From an uncultured bacterium (GTDB taxonomy: Bacteria > Verrucomicrobiota > Verrucomicrobiia > Limisphaerales > UBA8199), in NCBI GenBank assembly GCA_963749495.1, contig CAVVMW010000022.1, forward strand, positions 1-64,000: a stretch of 64,000 nucleotides of DNA. The letters run 5' to 3'. Positions 11,015-20,741 of the stretch are shown in pieces. The position numbers and the translations under genes were made by a program. The notes beneath the pieces are model-generated. The model saw only the letters and a program-made list of their open reading frames with translations, was not told where the DNA came from and made no database searches. How positions within the stretch are numbered: the first letter of the stretch is position 1; each line of letters opens with the position of its first letter.

Positions 11015-11437
11015 GGTTCTACTGGGACACGTCGGCGGCCATCAATGCGCTCATTTCAAAGGCGGTTTGGGATCGTCTCAGCAGCCAGGAGCACTTTGCC
11101 CGGGTTCATCTACTCTCAGAGTTCTTTGCCACGATGACCGGACGCGGCGTCTGCTTGGTGGACCCTGCCGGAAACCCGGTGCGCCTTGTGATGTCCGCCC
11201 AAGACGCAGCCGCTTGGCTGCGGAGGTTCGCCGGACACGTCACACTGGTGGAGTTGGACGGTACCTGAGATGCTGGAGGCTTTGGATCAGGCGCCTGCCC
11301 GGAATGTCTCCGGCGGGAGGGTCTATGACTACGGACACGCCTTATCCGCCACCAAAGCGAAGGCAGAGGTGATTTTGACCCGAAATCAAGAGGACTTTCG
11401 GGGCCTCTGCGGCTCCTTGCGGATCGAATGGCCCTGA
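11011..11437 (+). CDS. vapC: PIN-domain (VapC) toxin, frameshift near 11265
   Basis: YWDTSAAI...LSEFF, continuing in another frame as EMLEAL...GGRVYDYGHA...ILTRNQEDF. Confidence 0.8.
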
Positions 11438-11470
11438 CCCGTACCCTTCAGCAAGGGGTCAATGAACTTA

Positions 11471-11798
11471 TCAGAATCCCGGCGGGACTGAACTCGCTGG
11501 GCCGGCCGGGACGCTTTCTCCAAACAGGCCCCTGTGTATTAGTCCGTCAGATTTGCGATGTGGTGGCGGTTGATTGGGCCGGCGGCCGCGCCCTGCGCGG
11601 ACCTGCTCGATGCGCTCTGGCTCAAAGAGCTTCGCGCCCTCGAAATCGCGCTCCAATTCATCGAGGAGTTCGCCGCAAGTGCGCGGCCTGGGCCGAAAGG
11701 TTCTGGAGGATGACCTCGGAGAAACTCTGGCCGTGCTTTTTCAGGCTCGCGAGGACTTCGTAGGCCTCGGTTGTGAGCGAGATCGTCGTTGTTGCCAT
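11471..11798 (-). CDS. VapB/DUF217-type antitoxin, frameshift near 11697, no cognate toxin
   Basis: MATTTISLTTEAYEVLASLKKHGQSFSEVI; removing one T gives LRPRPRTCGELLDELERDF. Confidence 0.65.
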
Positions 11799-11871
11799 AC
11801 ATGGACGATAGATGCAGGCCCGGGGCCAGTCAATGACCCGCCTTTCCATGAACCGTCGCCAGGTCCGGAGG

Positions 11872-11949
11872 TTTTGGACTGCGGCAGTCCTCTGCCGCTT
11901 TTTGGACCCTGGGGACGCGAGAGCGGCAGAGGACTGCCGCAGTCCAAAA
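11872..11949. repeat. REP-like palindromic doublet, family A
   Basis: TTTTGGACTGCGGCAGTCCTCTGCCGCT...AGCGGCAGAGGACTGCCGCAGTCCAAAA; other copies at 15017, 16424 and 19800. Confidence 0.85.
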
Positions 11950-12015
11950 CGCTTCGCGGCTTCCGCCGCCACTCACCAGGGGTGCATGGTCCCCATGCGA
12001 GCTGTTGGTTGACCC

Positions 12016-14868
12016 TCACCTTGCCGGCAAGGTCGGGTTGCCGGGCGCGGGGGGGAGCAGGGCGAGCACGTCCTGCTGCTGCTGATACCATTCGCGCAGC
12101 CCGCGCGAGAGCAGGGAGACCTTGAAATCCTTGAAATGGGAGAGGTTGAGGGCCGCCTCGACATCGTTTTTCAACTGGGTATTCAGGTCGGACTTGGCCT
12201 CTTCGGCCCAGCTTTTGAACGAGCCGACCTGGTCGGCCAGGGCCTTGGCGGCGGCCAGGCGGGTATCCGGGTCGTATTTGTATTCGACAACAGCGACGTA
12301 GCCCTTGTCGACCTTGCCCTGGAGGCGCTTCGAGTCCTCCTTGGCGCTGATGACCAGCTTGGCCAGTTCGATAATGCGCTGCTCCAGCTTGGAGACGGCG
12401 TCTTCTTCGCCCACGGCCCCGGTGGCCTCGGCGCCCAGGGTGCGCGAGGCGCCGCCCAACCGCTGGCAGACCTGCTTGACCACTTCCTTTTCCAGTTCCT
12501 CGAAGAACTTCGTGGACCGCTTGACGATCAGGTCGCGCTCGTCCTTGGTGAAGGCGTATTTCTTCTCGTCCAGGCCCACAAAGGACTTGTAGGCGGGGGA
12601 GTCCAGGAGTTTTTCGAGCCTGGCGGTGAGATTGCTGGCGTTGAGGCGCTGCACGACGGGGACGCCTGCGGGTTCGGCCTTGAGTTCCAGCTTGAGGTCC
12701 ACCGGGAGCATCGAGAAGATGGCGCGGTCCACGCCGCCCAGTGCGTCGAGTTGGGTGTTCAGGTATTTCCAGTGCGCCTGGAAACGCTCCTTGCGGTTGA
12801 GGTCGCCAATGAAGTCGAACTGGTTTTCAACCCGCAGCGAACGCGTCTCGGCCCGGAACCAGGAGAGCATGTCGGCAAATTGGCCGGCCAATTGGGCGGC
12901 GTAGCCGGTGTAGTGAAGGTTGACCTGTTCGAGGGGGACGCGGTCGTGCGGGTTGCGCGGGGCGCGGGCGCTGATGAAGGTCTCGATGAGGTTATTGGGG
13001 AGCAGGTCGATGATCTCCGCCATCTCCGAGTAGGCGTTGACCACTGGGTCGGGGCCATAATCGAAGCGGCGCACGTCGCCGTAGTGCCCCACGTCGTCGT
13101 CGGTGGCAAAGAGCATTTTCTTGTCGCGCGCCTCAGGGCTGTCGAAGTAGCCCCAGCAGATGGCGCCGCGGTCATGGGGCAGCGGCTCCTGGATCGTGCG
13201 CATGCGCCAGCCGCTGAAGACCGCCCCTTTGAAGACGGTGTATTCCATCATGGAACTGGAGGAAATCCTGTTGGTGTAGGAGTCCAGCGGTTTGCCGCAA
13301 ACGTAGTCGCGGAACCAGGCATCCAGGTCCTTCCGGGCGAGGGTGGCGGCCAGGCTCCCGGCGAAGTTGTGGCGCAGACCCAGGACGTGTCCGACCTCGT
13401 GTGCGACGACCTCGCGCACGTAATCCTGGGAGATGCGCAGCACCGCAGCGTCGGTCAACTGGTCGCTGGCCAGGACCTCCTGCAGGCCGCGGGCTATCTG
13501 TTCGGCAAAGGTCCGGGGGTCCACCTGGCAGGCGGGCGCCGTCTGGAGGAACGGCAGGCCCAACCGCAGCGCCGCGAGGCCCTTCTTGTCGTCCTTCTTC
13601 TGCTCGGCCAGATCGAGCATCGCGCGCAGCAGCGCCCGCGCGTGCGCCTTGCCCAGGAACCCGAACACGCTGGTGATGTAAGCCTGCCCGTGCGTCGACT
13701 CGCCCGTCAGCGGGTCCAGCAGCACGTCCGCGTAGGCGAAGCCCGCGTTGTCCCAAGGAACCCACTGGATGATGTTCAGCTTGGCGTCCGGGGCCGTCGC
13801 TCCTTCCGGGGCCTTTTTGGCCTGGACCACCTCTTTGCCAAACGCTCGGTTCCAATAGAGAATCCCGTCCTTGACCGCCTCGACATAGTCGGCGGGCGTA
13901 TTGGCCGAATAATAAAAGAGGACCGGCTGCCGCAAGTCGAAGCGCGCAATCCGCGAGGAGACCCGGCCGGTGACCGGCTCGATCTGGCCCTCGGTCTCGA
14001 AGAACCGCGCATAGCGCATGTCCGTGTGATTCGGTTCTTTGGCCTCGCAATTGCCCTGCCGGTAGGGCGTCAGGAAATAGCGCACCTCGAGCCGGATTTC
14101 CAGGTTCTGGTCCTCCGCGCGGCTGCGCGCCTGGACGCTCTGCCGGATGAGCAGCCGCCCCTCCTCCTGGCGCATCTCGAATATCCGGCCCTCCGGCACC
14201 TCCAGTACCCGGTCCCGCTCGCCCCAATCCAGCCCGCCGCCCTGCGTCCAGGCCTGCGTGAACACCCGCCTCATGCCCTTGTTGAAATCGATGACCACTT
14301 GCTGGTCGTCCTGGCGCACGATGCTGAAACTGGCCAGCAGGCGCCGCGCCGGCAGGTCCTCCGTCACCACCAGGCCCTTGGTCGATTCATACATGTCCAC
14401 CCCGTCCGGGTAGAGTTCGAAGCGGACGATCTTGGCGGCCAGGCCGGTGCTCGTGGCGGCCCGCGCCTGCGGGATGAGCGACGCGGTGAACAGGTAGTCC
14501 TTGCCGAACCCGGCCCTGGGGATGGCGAGCAGGAGGTGCTCCGCCACGCGCAACTCGGGCGCCAGGTCGGCCGGGGCCGGGGCGCGGGTTGTCGCGGCGG
14601 CGGCTGCCGGCGTATTGGTGGGGGCCGCGGGCGCGGGGGCGTTGGTGATGGCCGCCGCGGGCGCGGGGGCGTTGGTGGCAGCCGCCGCGGGCGCGGGGGC
14701 GTTGGTGACGGCCGCCGCGGGCGGTTGGTTGGTGGCAGCCGGGCTGGCCGGCGCGTTTGTAATCGTATCCGCGGCGGATGTGCGGCCGGCCGCGGCGCAA
14801 CCCAGGAGCGTGATAAGCGCCGCTGTGAGCAGGTCCAGCGGGCGCGTCCAGGCAAGGTGCTGTTTCAT
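12016..14868 (-). CDS. Secreted zinc-dependent metalloprotease (metzincin, EcxA/DUF4953-like)
   Basis: HEVGHVLGLRHNF zinc motif, SSSMMEY Met-turn, signal peptide, TNAPAPAAA linker repeats. Confidence 0.88.
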   Translation of the reverse strand: MKQHLAWTRPLDLLTAALITLLGCAAAGRTSAADTITNAPASPAATNQPPAAAVTNAPAPAAAATNAPAPAAAITNAPAPAAPTNTPAAAAATTRAPAPADLAPELRVAEHLLLAIPRAGFGKDYLFTASLIPQARAATSTGLAAKIVRFELYPDGVDMYESTKGLVVTEDLPARRLLASFSIVRQDDQQVVIDFNKGMRRVFTQAWTQGGGLDWGERDRVLEVPEGRIFEMRQEEGRLLIRQSVQARSRAEDQNLEIRLEVRYFLTPYRQGNCEAKEPNHTDMRYARFFETEGQIEPVTGRVSSRIARFDLRQPVLFYYSANTPADYVEAVKDGILYWNRAFGKEVVQAKKAPEGATAPDAKLNIIQWVPWDNAGFAYADVLLDPLTGESTHGQAYITSVFGFLGKAHARALLRAMLDLAEQKKDDKKGLAALRLGLPFLQTAPACQVDPRTFAEQIARGLQEVLASDQLTDAAVLRISQDYVREVVAHEVGHVLGLRHNFAGSLAATLARKDLDAWFRDYVCGKPLDSYTNRISSSSMMEYTVFKGAVFSGWRMRTIQEPLPHDRGAICWGYFDSPEARDKKMLFATDDDVGHYGDVRRFDYGPDPVVNAYSEMAEIIDLLPNNLIETFISARAPRNPHDRVPLEQVNLHYTGYAAQLAGQFADMLSWFRAETRSLRVENQFDFIGDLNRKERFQAHWKYLNTQLDALGGVDRAIFSMLPVDLKLELKAEPAGVPVVQRLNASNLTARLEKLLDSPAYKSFVGLDEKKYAFTKDERDLIVKRSTKFFEELEKEVVKQVCQRLGGASRTLGAEATGAVGEEDAVSKLEQRIIELAKLVISAKEDSKRLQGKVDKGYVAVVEYKYDPDTRLAAAKALADQVGSFKSWAEEAKSDLNTQLKNDVEAALNLSHFKDFKVSLLSRGLREWYQQQQDVLALLPPAPGNPTLPAR

Positions 14869-14945
14869 ATCAAATCCAAATTGCCCGCGAGGATGCGGGA
14901 CGCGCCCGCTCCCTGCAAGCCCAAAGGGCCGCAAGGGGCATAAGG

Positions 14946-15170
14946 GGGCGCATCTCACCTTCGTCGGCCCTCGGCAACCCAGGCAATTGGAGCGCGGCGT
15001 CCGGAAGCCCGCAAGGTTTTGGACTGCGCCAGTCCTCTGGCGCTTTCGCGTCCCCAGGGTCCGAAAAGCGGTCCCGATGAATCGGGACCGCAGTCCAAAA
15101 CGCTTCGCGAGTTCGGACGCGCGCTCCCATCGCTCGCTTCGGCCGGGCTCGACAAAGATGAGATGCGCCC
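14946..15170. mobile_element. ~225-bp TIR element (envelope D) containing a family-A REP doublet
   Basis: GGGCGCATCTCA...TGAGATGCGCCC; similar copy at 19730-19946. Confidence 0.75.
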
Positions 15171-15228
15171 GACATAAGGGACACACGGGCGCCACTGGGC
15201 CGGCAGCCCTGAGGAGGACGACCTGCGT

Positions 15229-15500
15229 TCAGGCCGAAGGCCTGGTTCATGCCAGCCCAGGGCAAGGCCCGCCCGAGCGCAGCGCAGGCGGGCCGCCGCC
15301 CTGGGTCCACCGCAAATTTTCTTTTGCAGGCCAACGGCCTGCTTCATAAAGCTCTCGGAGGATGAATCGCGCTTTCAGCGCTCCGGATGATTATTGGCGG
15401 CTGTTCCCAGGGCGTTGCCCTGGGCTGGTATGAACGACGCCTTTGGCGTCCAGAGCACGCACCGCCGGTTCCATCATGCACCCGAAGAATTCTGTCATGC
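15229..15500. repeat. REP-like composite repeat, family B (CCAGCCCAGGGCAACGCCCTGGG)
   Basis: Homologous to 22806-23043, 30235-30525 and 50340-50598. Confidence 0.75.
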
Positions 15501-15569
15501 ACCCCAATGTCCGCGCCGTGAACGAAAGCTTTGACAGGCCGGGTCGAACTGAGAGGATACTGCCGCATC

Positions 15570-16325
15570 ATGCCTAGTCTCTGGCAGCTTCCGTTGCTGT
15601 TTGGCGCCGGGCTGGCAGCCGGTTTTGTGGACTCGGTGGCCGGCGGCGGCGGGCTGATCACAGTGCCGGTCCTGCTGAACCTGGGGCTGGAGCCGCAGCG
15701 CGCCCTGGGCACCAACAAACTCCAGGCGACCTTCGGCTCCGCCAGCGCCTCCTGGCATTATGCCCAGGGCGGGACGGTCCCGCTGGCCGATTGCGGGCGC
15801 GGGTTCGCCTGGTCGCTCGTTGGGGCCGCCTTGGGGGCGCGGGCAGTCCTGGCGAGCAACCCGCTCTTTCTCAAGCGCGCCATCCCCCTCCTGCTCCTGG
15901 CCGTGGCGATCTATACGCTGCTCAAACCTCGCTTGGGCGCCGAGGACCTGCGCCCGCGCCTGCCGCGCGGTTGGTTCGATTTCGCCTTCGGGCTGGCCCT
16001 CGGTTTCTACGACGGCTTCTTTGGCCCGGGCACCGGGACGTTCTGGACGATGGCCTACATGCTCGGGCTGGGGTTCAACATGACGCGCGCGACCGGCTAT
16101 GCCAAGGTCATGAACTTCGCCAGCAACCTCAGTTCGCTGGCCTTTTTCCTGCAGGGCCGCCAGGTCCTGTTCGCCGCCGGGCTGACGATGGGTTTGGGCC
16201 AATTCCTGGGCGCGCGCATCGGCTCACGCATGGTCATCGCCAAGGGCACGCGCTTCATCCGGCCCATCTTCATCGCGATGGTCCTGATCCTGACACTGAA
16301 ACTGCTCTATGATGCCTACCTCTGA
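15570..16325 (+). CDS. TSUP (TauE/SafE/YfcA) family transporter
   Basis: AGFVDSVAGGGGLITVP, ALGTNKLQ, GFYDGFFGPGTG. Confidence 0.92.
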   Translation: MPSLWQLPLLFGAGLAAGFVDSVAGGGGLITVPVLLNLGLEPQRALGTNKLQATFGSASASWHYAQGGTVPLADCGRGFAWSLVGAALGARAVLASNPLFLKRAIPLLLLAVAIYTLLKPRLGAEDLRPRLPRGWFDFAFGLALGFYDGFFGPGTGTFWTMAYMLGLGFNMTRATGYAKVMNFASNLSSLAFFLQGRQVLFAAGLTMGLGQFLGARIGSRMVIAKGTRFIRPIFIAMVLILTLKLLYDAYL

Positions 16326-16360
16326 GTGCGGAGCGCGGAGTGCGGAGTGCGGAATGCGGA
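16326..16360. repeat. Heptamer tandem repeat (GTGCGGA)x5
   Basis: Seen directly after the stop codon. Confidence 0.8.
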
Positions 16361-16423
16361 TGCGTTACGATGCCCATCTCACGTCGCACGGGTGAAACAC
16401 GGATTGTCCGCCAAGCCCGAAGG

Positions 16424-16501
16424 TTTTGGACTGCGCCAGTCCTCTGGCGCTTTCGCGTCCCCAGACTCCAAAAAGCGCCAGAGGACTGGCGCAGTCCAAA
16501 A
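16424..16501. repeat. REP-like doublet, family A
   Basis: Long inverted repeat with TTTTGGACTGCGCCAGTCCTCTGGCGCTTT arms. Confidence 0.85.
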
Positions 16502-16630
16502 CGCTTCGCGAATCCGGCGGCGCGTCCGTGCTTAGCCAGCCGCCTGAACCTATCGGGCGCACAAGCGGTCGGCCCGTAGCATGGTCCGTTTCTCTTGACG
16601 TGCCGCCTGAAGCTCCCGCAGAGTCAGCCC

Positions 16631-16960
16631 ATGCCGCGCAAGTTGCGCATTCAATACCCGGGCGCGATGTATCACGTCATGAGCCAGGGAGATCGGCGGG
16701 AGGACATTTTCCTGGATGACGTGGATCCGTTGCTAGGCGAGCATAGTCTCCAACAAGACACAGCCGCCGCGCGGCAGGAATTGGAGCGGCGCATGGAAGC
16801 GCGGCGGCTGGAGAGCGGCGACGACCAGCTCTGGCCACGCGAGGTGGGTAACGCCATGCCGGTGCTGGCGCTGGCCTGGGTGCTCTCCGGCGACAGGCAA
16901 TACCTCGATGCGGCGCGTGAGTGGGCTCTGGCTTCGACCTGGTTTTTGGGCTTGCAATAA
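16631..16960 (+). pseudogene. Chimeric remnant: internally deleted RAYT/Y1 transposase fused to a fragment of a probable heparinase/DUF4962-type protein
   Basis: MPRKLRIQYPGAMYHVMSQGDRREDIF, then LLGEHSLQQDTAAARQELERRMEARR (RAYT C-terminal region), then QLWPREVGNAMPVLALAWVLSGDRQYLDAAREWALAS; no HUH motif. Confidence 0.65.
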
Positions 16961-17019
16961 ACGAACCAGCCGATACGCCCGCTAACAGGCACTCCGACCA
17001 GCCCTAACGGCTCCTTAAG

Positions 17020-17400
17020 GTGAGGAATCTTCAATCATCCAAAAGGGACCACTTTCGCTCAATTTCGACCCTCCCGGTCCCTTTTGACCGTCCGCTGACA
17101 CTCCACGCGCTCGACGATCCCGATTGGCAGGCGCAGACGGGTGCGATTGGCGGCCTCGGCAGAATGGGGGGACAAACCAACACCATCTTGCCCTTGATCA
17201 TCAAGAAGCTCCATCACGAGAACCAGGTCGTCCGCCGCTGTGCCGCCTTCGCGTTGGGAGATATAGGTGGTGGCGCCGCTTTCAAGGCCTTGATGGAGGC
17301 AACGGATGATCCTGATGGTTTTGTTCGCGAGGCGGTCTTCCAATCCTTAAAGAAAACTGACCCCGTGGCGCTGGAAAAGTCGGGCAAGCGGTTTTATTAA
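17020..17400 (+). CDS. HEAT-repeat protein (probably a C-terminal fragment)
   Basis: VVRRCAAFALGDIG...DPDGFVREAVFQSL. Confidence 0.5.
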   Translation: MRNLQSSKRDHFRSISTLPVPFDRPLTLHALDDPDWQAQTGAIGGLGRMGGQTNTILPLIIKKLHHENQVVRRCAAFALGDIGGGAAFKALMEATDDPDGFVREAVFQSLKKTDPVALEKSGKRFY

Positions 17401-17822
17401 ATGAAGAAAGGATATTCGATTCGTTGGCGTGAAAGGGTCTTGGTCGGAGGTGAGGCGTTTGGCGCAATCGGATCAACATGGGTGAAAAGCGTAATCAGGA
17501 GTGGAGGAAACGGCTCGGACGGTTGAGCCTGGCTTCGCGGATAGTCGGAGGCGGTCCTTACTCATGGTACAAGCCATGTGGGCCTCCTCCGTGAGTGCTG
17601 GGGTCTACGGCGGCGATTTGAATTATGATTCCCCCTTCTTCAGTAGTGAGGATCGGACAAAGGCGCTTGGACTATCGGACGCCAACAACAACGTGGCTGC
17701 CCTGGTCTTTTGCTCTGGCGCTCTGGGCACTTCCTTGCGAGCCGCCCAATCAACCTTGCTGAACTGATGCCGGTGGGTGTGGGGGCTTGACTTTGGCAGC
17801 AGTCCAGCCAAAATCAGCCCGC

Positions 17823-17975
17823 ATGAGCATTGCCAGTTTAACGCCACCGCAACTCCGTCAGGCAGCCGACATTCAGGAGCGAATCGAGGCGCTGGAACAA
17901 GAACTGAACGCTATTGTTGGGGGCGGAATCTGGCAGGCTTTCCGCCGGCGTTGTTCTTTTAATCATCATGGCTAA
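17823..17975 (+). pseudogene. Truncated small coiled-coil (putative histone-like) protein
   Basis: MSIASLTPPQLRQAADIQERIEALEQELNAIVG resembles small Verrucomicrobia proteins, but the basic tail is absent; preceded by TTGACT-N16-CAAAAT. Confidence 0.4.
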
Positions 17976-18747
17976 TAGAACTCGCAGCACCCAGACCGCG
18001 CGCCACGCCCTCGCGGTCACGACGGCATTTATGGTGATGTTCGCGTTGTGCGGCAGTGCCACCGCCGCCTTTTACATCAACTGCGCGGGCTGCCACACCG
18101 TACCCCAAAACGGGATGGCCATTGTGAACTTTCAGACCACCACCAACCTCGGAAACGGCCTGCGCAAGGTCTTCAAGGTCAGCCCTGGTCAAACGGCCGT
18201 TATCCAGCTCAATGTCACCAACAATCACGGCGGCAGTTACGCGCTGAACATCAACAACCTCGACGCCGGCGGCCTCAACAAGAGCAGCGACCACCTGGCC
18301 TACACGGCGGACCCCGCTTGGACCCACTACTTCCCTGGGACCAGCACGAACTTCTTTATGGCGGGGTGTGCGACCAACAGCCCACACCTCTGGACCTTCA
18401 ACTTGGTGGTCAAAACCGACACGCCGGCTGACTTTTACACGGTCAACAGCCAAATGGCGGGATATTACGCGTCCACCATGTGGTCCCAGCAGGAGTCCTT
18501 TTACGTCCAGGTCGTGGCCGCCCCGCCGCCGGTGCCGGTGCTCCAGGCACTACAGCGGTCGTGCAATTGGTTCTCCGTGCAGGTCGCCACCACCAGCGGC
18601 TTCACCTATTACTTGGAGTACAAGACCAACCTGACCGCGCCCACATGGAATGCCGCCTCCCAAACCCCGGGCAACGGCACGATCAAGACCCTGACGGATA
18701 CCACGGCAACCGACTCGTGGCGTTTTTACCATGCGCACGTGCAGTAG
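17968..18747 (+). CDS. Secreted protein with N-terminal CxxCH motif and xFYx-type C-terminal domain
   Basis: Signal peptide then CAGCH; C-terminus YYLEYKTNL...W...WRFYHAHVQ. Confidence 0.75.
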   Translation: MANRTRSTQTARHALAVTTAFMVMFALCGSATAAFYINCAGCHTVPQNGMAIVNFQTTTNLGNGLRKVFKVSPGQTAVIQLNVTNNHGGSYALNINNLDAGGLNKSSDHLAYTADPAWTHYFPGTSTNFFMAGCATNSPHLWTFNLVVKTDTPADFYTVNSQMAGYYASTMWSQQESFYVQVVAAPPPVPVLQALQRSCNWFSVQVATTSGFTYYLEYKTNLTAPTWNAASQTPGNGTIKTLTDTTATDSWRFYHAHVQ

Positions 18748-19033
18748 AAAGCGTTGATCTTCAGAACTTGACCTTTTGTGCCATCTGCTGGCTGTGCTCA
18801 TTGCGGAGGTGGCCGTAAGTCTTCATGGTGGTTTTAAGACTTCGACGAAAAAGCTTGCCCTTCACGCGGAATCTGGCAAGATAAGCCTGCGATGGTTTGT
18901 AACGGATCCGCGGTTTTTTGCCAATCGGACTCGGAGCCTGAGTCTGAGGGCGTTCGCTCTTGTTTCACGCGGACAGTATCAGATTGTCAAACTGGATTCC
19001 AAGACCATCATTTTACCGCGATAAACATTGGTT

Positions 19034-19110
19034 CGGGGCGTAGCGTAGCCTGGTAGCGCGCTTGTTTCGGGTACAAGAGGTCGTGAGTTCGAATCTCACC
19101 GCCCCGACCA
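19034..19110 (+). tRNA. tRNA-Pro(CGG)
   Basis: CGGGGCG acceptor stem, anticodon arm CTTGT-TTCGGGT-ACAAG, TTCGAAT T-loop, encoded CCA; 77 nt. Confidence 0.97.
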
Positions 19111-19122
19111 TTTTTCAGATGC

Positions 19123-19698
19123 ATGATCCACCCGCTGGCCTCGATCCTCGAGCGGCTTGATTTGGCGAAGGTCTTCCCCAAACCGCAGCCGCTCGAAGTG
19201 GAGCTGGGCAGCGGGGACGGCTCGTTCCTGGCCCAATACGCGGCGCGGCACCCCGAGCGCAATTTTATCGGCGTCGAACGGCTGCTGGGCCGCTTGCGCA
19301 AATTGGACCGCAAGGGGCGGCGCGCCGGCCTGGCGAATTTGCGCGGCGTGCGCATCGAGTCGGCCTATTTCCTGGAATACCTTCTGCCGCCGCACTGTGC
19401 CTGCGCGCTGCACATCTATTTCCCTGATCCGTGGCCCAAACGCAAACACTGGCGCCACCGCCTCATCAACGAGCGGTTCCCGCTTCTGGCCGGCCAGGCC
19501 CTCGAGCCCGGCGGCACCGTCTATTTGCGCACCGATGACGCCCCCTATTTCGAGCAGATGACTGCCGCCTTCGCCGCCAGCACGGGCTTTCGGCCAGTGG
19601 AGACGCCCGCGGAACTGGCCGGCCTGCTCACTGACTTCGAACGCGACTTCGCCGCCCGCGGGATCGGCACGCGCCGCGCGGCGTATGCGCTCACTTAG
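19123..19698 (+). CDS. trmB: tRNA (guanine-N7)-methyltransferase
   Basis: VELGSGDG, FIGVE, FPDPWPKRKH, LRTD. Confidence 0.95.
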   Translation: MIHPLASILERLDLAKVFPKPQPLEVELGSGDGSFLAQYAARHPERNFIGVERLLGRLRKLDRKGRRAGLANLRGVRIESAYFLEYLLPPHCACALHIYFPDPWPKRKHWRHRLINERFPLLAGQALEPGGTVYLRTDDAPYFEQMTAAFAASTGFRPVETPAELAGLLTDFERDFAARGIGTRRAAYALT

Positions 19699-19729
19699 AC
19701 CGCCGAGGGCCGAGGGCCGAGGGGCGAGG

Positions 19730-19946
19730 GGCGCATCTGACCTTTGTCGGCCCTCGGCAAGCCTGGCAATTGGAGCGCGGCGTCGGGAAGCCCGCAAGGT
19801 TTTGGACTGCGCCAGCCCTCTGGCGCTTTTCGGACCCTGGGGACGCGAAAGCGCCAGAGGGCTGGCGCAGTCCAAAACGCTTCGCGACTTCGGACGCACG
19901 CTCCCATCGCTCGGTTCGGCTGGGCTTGACAAAGATCAGATGCGCC
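19730..19946. mobile_element. Envelope D element, copy 2, set between inverted heptamer arrays
   Basis: GGCGCATCTGA...TCAGATGCGCC; flanked by (GCCGAGG)n and (CCTCGAC)n. Confidence 0.75.
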
Positions 19947-20009
19947 TTGCGCCTCGACCCTCGGCACTCGCCCCTCGACCCTCGACCCGCTCGGCGCTAT
20001 TGTCCGGCC

Positions 20010-20708
20010 ATGGACTTATCCGAAAACATCGGCAAGGTTCGGCAGCGGATAGCGGCGGCGTGCGAGCGGGCGGGACGCGCTCCGGAGACGGTCACCCTTG
20101 TGGCCGTGACCAAGAGCCACCCGCCCGAGACGGTCATCGAGGCGGCCCGGCTTGGCCTCACCCTCTTCGGCGAGAACAAGGTCCAGGAAGCAAAGGCCAA
20201 GATCCCCTTGTGCCCGGGCCGCCTGCGCTGGCACATGATCGGCCACTTGCAGACCAACAAGTGCCGGGACGCAGCCGAGCTCTTCGAGATGGTCCAGAGC
20301 GTGGACAGCCTCCATCTGGCGCAGGAGCTGAGCCGGCGCGCGGAGCAGGCAGCCAGGACCATCCCCATCCTGCTGGAGGTCAACGTCGCCGGCGAGGCCA
20401 GCAAGTTCGGGTATCGTCCCGATCAACTCCTGGCCGAGTTGGGCCGGGTCAACGCCCTGCCGCGCTTGGAGGTTCACGGGGTCATGACCGTGCCGCCGTG
20501 GACACCCGAGCCGGAAGAGGTGCGCCCGCTCTTTCGCCAGGTGCGGGAACTCAAGGCCCAGTGCGAACAACTCCTGGGCGCTCCCCTCCCCCACCTGAGC
20601 ATGGGCATGACCGGCGATTTCGAGGTCGCCATCGAGGAAGGCGCCACCCTGGTCCGCATCGGCACGGCGTTGTTCGGTGAAAGAAGGCCGGCAGTTGCCG
20701 AAGCTTGA
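20010..20708 (+). CDS. yggS: PLP homeostasis protein, YggS family
   Basis: LVAVTK, FGENKVQE, WHMIGHLQTNK, LSMGMTGDF, VRIGTALFG. Confidence 0.95.
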   Translation: MDLSENIGKVRQRIAAACERAGRAPETVTLVAVTKSHPPETVIEAARLGLTLFGENKVQEAKAKIPLCPGRLRWHMIGHLQTNKCRDAAELFEMVQSVDSLHLAQELSRRAEQAARTIPILLEVNVAGEASKFGYRPDQLLAELGRVNALPRLEVHGVMTVPPWTPEPEEVRPLFRQVRELKAQCEQLLGAPLPHLSMGMTGDFEVAIEEGATLVRIGTALFGERRPAVAEA

Positions 20709-20741
20709 ACTCCTGGGGCCAGCGTGTATTCTGCGCGCGCA

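Noticed and set aside
14580..14760. 30-bp tandem repeat as a non-coding element
   Set aside because: It encodes the TNAPAPAAA low-complexity linker of the metalloprotease.
19034..19110. tRNA-Pro as the attachment site of an integrated element
   Set aside because: No duplicate of the tRNA 3' end and no integrase found in the window; trmB follows directly.
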